DNA of 10,184 nt. Source: Phycisphaerae bacterium (GTDB lineage Bacteria; Planctomycetota; Phycisphaerae; UBA1845; Fen-1342). Under the pieces are notes generated by a model, which had not been told where the DNA came from, did not search any database, and saw only the letters and a list, made by a program, of their open reading frames with translations. The position numbers and the translations under genes are program-made. Where the stretch lies: NCBI GenBank assembly GCA_050115495.1, contig JASFQK010000071.1, positions 1 through 10,184 of the forward strand, given 5' to 3'. The first letter of the stretch is position 1; every line of letters begins with the position of its first letter. Below, piece after piece: positions 6,929 to 10,184 of the stretch.

Positions 6929-7967
6929 GGTCCACCCCGCGGCAATTCACGATGTGGCCGGCGTCGCGGAGCGTCTGCTCCTGCCGGGCCAGCTCGAGAT
7001 CGTGGTCGACCATCAGCCGCACGAGATCGGCGAAGGTCACCTCGGGCTTCCAGCCCAGCTTCTGCCGGGCCCGCGAGGAATCGCCCTCGAGGTGGTCGAC
7101 CTCCGTCGGCCGCAGGTAGCGTTTGTCGATCTGCACGTACTGCTGCCAGTCGAGACCGACGTGGGCGAAGGCCAGCTCGACGAACTCGCGAACCGAGTGT
7201 GACTCGCCGGTGGCCACCACGTAATCGTCCGGCGACGGCTGCTGGAGCATGAGCCACATGGCTGCCACGTAGTCGCGGGCGTAGCCCCAGTCACGGCGGG
7301 CGTCGAGGTTGCCGAGGAAGAGCTTGTCCTGGAGGCCGAGTTTGATGCGGCCGACGGCCCTCGTGATCTTGCGGGTGACGAACGTCTCGCCACGGCGGGG
7401 GGACTCGTGGTTGAAGAGGATGCCGTTGACGATGTACAGCCCGTAGGCCTCGCGGTAGTTCACACAGTGCCAGTGGCCGGCGACTTTCGAGATGGCGTAC
7501 GGGCTGCGCGGGCAGAACGGCGTCGTTTCGTTCTGCGGCGGCGGGCTGCTCCCGAACATCTCCGACGAACCTGCCTGGTAGAACCGCGGCTGGCGGCCGG
7601 TGCACGTGCAGTAGTCGCGCAGGCTCTCGAGCAGCCGCAGCGTGCCGGTGCCGACGATGTCCGCCGTGTACTCGGGCTGGGCGAAGGAGACCTTCACGTG
7701 CGACTGGGCGGCGAGGTTGTAGATCTCATCCGGTGTCGCGGCGTCGAGGATGCGGCGCAGGCTGGTGCCGTCGCTCAGGTCGCCGTAATGCAGGAAGAGG
7801 CGGGCCGCGGGGTCGTGCGGGTCGCGGTAGAGCGGGTCGATGCGCTCGGTGTTGAAGGAGCTGGACCGGCGGATGATGCCGTGTACCTGGTAGCCTTTCT
7901 CGATGAGCAGCTCGGCGAGGTACGAGCCGTCCTGGCCGGTGATGCCGGTGAGCAATGCGCGCTTCAT
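6921..7967 (-). CDS. gmd: GDP-mannose 4,6-dehydratase
   Basis: Motifs [49 protein letters not shown] (YxxxK), [32 protein letters not shown] and RYLRPTEVD. An AGGAG RBS (minus strand 7976-7980) lies 8 nt before the ATG. Confidence 0.98.
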   Translation of the reverse strand: MKRALLTGITGQDGSYLAELLIEKGYQVHGIIRRSSSFNTERIDPLYRDPHDPAARLFLHYGDLSDGTSLRRILDAATPDEIYNLAAQSHVKVSFAQPEYTADIVGTGTLRLLESLRDYCTCTGRQPRFYQAGSSEMFGSSPPPQNETTPFCPRSPYAISKVAGHWHCVNYREAYGLYIVNGILFNHESPRRGETFVTRKITRAVGRIKLGLQDKLFLGNLDARRDWGYARDYVAAMWLMLQQPSPDDYVVATGESHSVREFVELAFAHVGLDWQQYVQIDKRYLRPTEVDHLEGDSSRARQKLGWKPEVTFADLVRLMVDHDLELARQEQTLRDAGHIVNCRGVDHG

Positions 7968-8014
7968 GCTGCGGGCTCCTGTGACGGGTGGGCCGTTGTG
8001 CCCGACCCCGTGGC

Positions 8015-8086
8015 ATGGTAGCCCAAATGGCGCGGCTTCGCAGCGCGCCCCGCGGGGGTGTGATGACGGCCGCGATCACGTAGAAT
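8015..8086. promoter_or_regulatory. Candidate back-to-back promoters between gmd and the membrane protein gene
   Basis: Minus-strand -10-like TACCAT (8015-8020) and plus-strand -10-like TAGAAT (8081-8086). Matching -35 elements are weak. Confidence 0.35.
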
Positions 8087-9923
8087 GCCGCCCGCCCGCG
8101 TGAGGAAGCGCGGACTGGGCCGGGAGAGCACGTCCTTGTCGGCTGAACCGGGAAACGTGCAGGCGAATAGCGGCGGCTGGCGCCGACTGGCGGCCACGCT
8201 CGCCGTCTGGCTGCTGCTGCTCGCGGCTGCGCTGCTTCTGCTCGCCGGGCGGTACGACTGGTCAACGGACGTGCGGTCCTTCGCCGTCCGGGGGTACCTC
8301 AGTTCGGCATACTTGCTCGTGATCGTCCTGCCGACGCTGCACTACCTCGTTCGGTTGCTGATCGGCTCGAAGTGGCTGGCTCGCGTGAGCACCGGGCTGA
8401 CCGTCCTCGTGTTCACGCTGCCGTACCACTGGCTGGGGCTCAAGGCGTGGCACTATTGCCAGGACCGGCCGGCGTATTGGCGTTGGAGCGACGACGGCCA
8501 GCCGCCGCCGCAACTCGCCTGGCTGCCACAGGTGCTGGGCAGCATCCCGTATGAAGCGGTCTTCTTCGGCGGGCTGGTGGCCGTGGCTGTGCTGCTGGCG
8601 TGGGGGCACGCAGCAGCGGCGCGGCGTTTGCCCTCGGCCGAACACGCCCGGCAGCGCGGGCGAGCGTGGCTCTTCCTGGGCCTGTTCCTGCTAATCCTCG
8701 GTCAGACGTGGCTGCACATGTCCATGCGCGCCCCGATGACGTACATGCGTCACTTCAACACGCGCAGCCAGAAGGACGCCTGGTACCACGACTACCTCTT
8801 CGAGAACGGCCAGGGTGCGGTCAACGAGGACTTCCCGCACTGGCACGACCTCGAGGTGCACTTCACCGACGAGCCGCGACCCACCAGCACCATGCTCATC
8901 CGCCGGCCGCTGCTGTTCTATCTCAGCGTCCAGGTCGGCTACTTCATCAACCCGTACTACGTCTGGCTGGTTCTGAACGTCGCGATCTGGCTGCTGGCGG
9001 CGGCGGCGACGTACGGCCTCGCCTGCCGGCTGTGGGACGCGCGCGTCGGTGCCTACGCCGCGTTGCTCGTGGCCAGCGGTCCCGGGTTCATCCTCTACGC
9101 TGCCCAGCCCATGGCCTACCTGGCCGGCTATGCTCTGCTCATCATCTGTGTCTACATCTGCGAGCGGTTGCTCGTGGCGCCGGAGCGGCCCGGCTGGCCA
9201 CACGTCCTCGCGACGGGGGCGGTGCTCGGTATGGCCATGCTCAGCTACGACATCTACCCGCTGCTGGCGGTGCTGCCGATCTATGTGCTCGCTCGCCGGC
9301 GGAGCTGGCTGTCGGCGGTGCGGATCGTGGCCGGCCTCGTCCTGGCCGGTGCTTTCTACGCCGGCTTCGTGGCCGTGCAGCAGCACTGGGTGCACATCGA
9401 GCTCGACGAGCGCAACTCGCGTTTCCTCGGCGAAGCCGTCGAAAAGATCCGCGAATTGATCACCACGTCGGACGTCGGGAACTGGTTTCTGCTGACGAGC
9501 AACGGGCTGGCGATATTCGCCGCGAACCTGTTCCGGGCTTTCCTGATCGTGCCGATCGTGCTGGCCGTGCTGGGGCTCTGCTTCCGCCGAACGGGGGACC
9601 GGGCGGGCGTCGGCCTGCTGCTGATTGTGCCGGCGCTGGGGACGTTCGCCTTTCTGTACTACGGGCAGGTGTGGTTCGCGGCGTTGCCACGGTTCGCTTA
9701 CGCGGCCTATCCGGGCGTGTACCTGCTGGCCGCGCTGTTCCTGGCGTGGATGCGGGACCGGCTGGCCGAGCGCGTGCCCCGCGGCGTCGCCGAGGCGCTG
9801 CCGCTGGTCGTATTGCTGCTGATCATCGTGCTGAACAACCTCGACGTTTTCGGCCTGCCGCAGTTGTATTTCCCGATCGTCTACGGCCATTCCAACGGTG
9901 CGTGGTCACTCATCCACCCCTGA
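8085..9923 (+). CDS. Polytopic membrane protein, putative GT-C superfamily (ArnT/PMT-like) glycosyltransferase
   Basis: More than a dozen hydrophobic segments. A loop with acidic NED is followed by RRPLLFYL...LNVAIWLLAAAATYGLACRLWDARVGAYAALLVASGPGF, which resembles the PMT_2/ArnT core, and a late PRFAYAAYP segment. The CDS itself is well supported but the function is inferred. The start is uncertain: ATG 8085 overlaps the -10-like box, and in-frame GTG 8100, TTG 8136 (GGGAG upstream) and GTG 8157 are alternatives. Confidence 0.7.
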   Translation: MPPARVRKRGLGRESTSLSAEPGNVQANSGGWRRLAATLAVWLLLLAAALLLLAGRYDWSTDVRSFAVRGYLSSAYLLVIVLPTLHYLVRLLIGSKWLARVSTGLTVLVFTLPYHWLGLKAWHYCQDRPAYWRWSDDGQPPPQLAWLPQVLGSIPYEAVFFGGLVAVAVLLAWGHAAAARRLPSAEHARQRGRAWLFLGLFLLILGQTWLHMSMRAPMTYMRHFNTRSQKDAWYHDYLFENGQGAVNEDFPHWHDLEVHFTDEPRPTSTMLIRRPLLFYLSVQVGYFINPYYVWLVLNVAIWLLAAAATYGLACRLWDARVGAYAALLVASGPGFILYAAQPMAYLAGYALLIICVYICERLLVAPERPGWPHVLATGAVLGMAMLSYDIYPLLAVLPIYVLARRRSWLSAVRIVAGLVLAGAFYAGFVAVQQHWVHIELDERNSRFLGEAVEKIRELITTSDVGNWFLLTSNGLAIFAANLFRAFLIVPIVLAVLGLCFRRTGDRAGVGLLLIVPALGTFAFLYYGQVWFAALPRFAYAAYPGVYLLAALFLAWMRDRLAERVPRGVAEALPLVVLLLIIVLNNLDVFGLPQLYFPIVYGHSNGAWSLIHP

Positions 9924-9969
9924 GCATCCGGCCCGCATGGCGTCGAACACACGCATGGCTCACGCGGCT

Positions 9970-10070
9970 GTAGGGCGGGCTTCGCCCGCCGCACGTTCGG
10001 CTGCGATAGACCCCGGGCAGACCAACGTATCTCCGGCGTGCGAAGCATCGGCGCGCAAAACCCGCCCTAT
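9970..10070. repeat. Inverted pair of GTAG-type REPs (REPIN-like doublet)
   Basis: 9970-9991 (+) GTAGGGCGGGCTTCGCCCGCCG and 10049-10070 (-) ATAGGGCGGGTTTTGCGCGCCG, with 18/22 identity and a 57-nt spacer. Same family as the 5778-5980 units. Confidence 0.8.
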
Positions 10071-10184
10071 TCATGAAAGGCGCTTTGGTTGTCAAGGGTG
10101 CAATCGTACGCTTTTTCGTTGTTTTGGGTGTTCGTTTTCGTGTATTGGCGTCGCGTATCGACATAGCGATCACGTCCTCCCCGG

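Noticed and set aside
9910..10173. 87-aa basic minus-strand ORF with an upstream GGAGG
   Set aside because: It reads through both REPs and overlaps the end of the membrane protein gene. RBS spacing is poor for both GTG and ATG, and the Lys/Thr bias mirrors the T-rich DNA. It cannot be fully excluded.

Overview
GC-rich bacterial window, probably from Planctomycetota (Phycisphaerae-like); this is an inference from the C-terminal 'GDLNCDGVVNNFDI' dockerin-like module. It holds six credible genes: a secreted C69-family dipeptidase (+), a stand-alone gcvT (+), a secreted multidomain trypsin-fold serine protease (pro-domain, S1 domain, GEVED, two InlB-B-like repeats, dockerin-like tail; +), a gmd-fcl GDP-L-fucose synthesis pair (-), and a divergent polytopic membrane protein with GT-C (ArnT/PMT-like) features (+). 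The intergenic DNA contains six 22-nt GTAG-type REP palindromes (a nested set of four at 5778-5980 and an inverted pair at 9970-10070), further palindromes and tandem repeats at 199-308, and terminator-like hairpins. No transposase, CRISPR array, rRNA or tRNA is visible. I do not see a clearly novel system. The best leads are the REP architecture, the protease architecture and specificity pocket, and the gmd/fcl-GT-C pairing.
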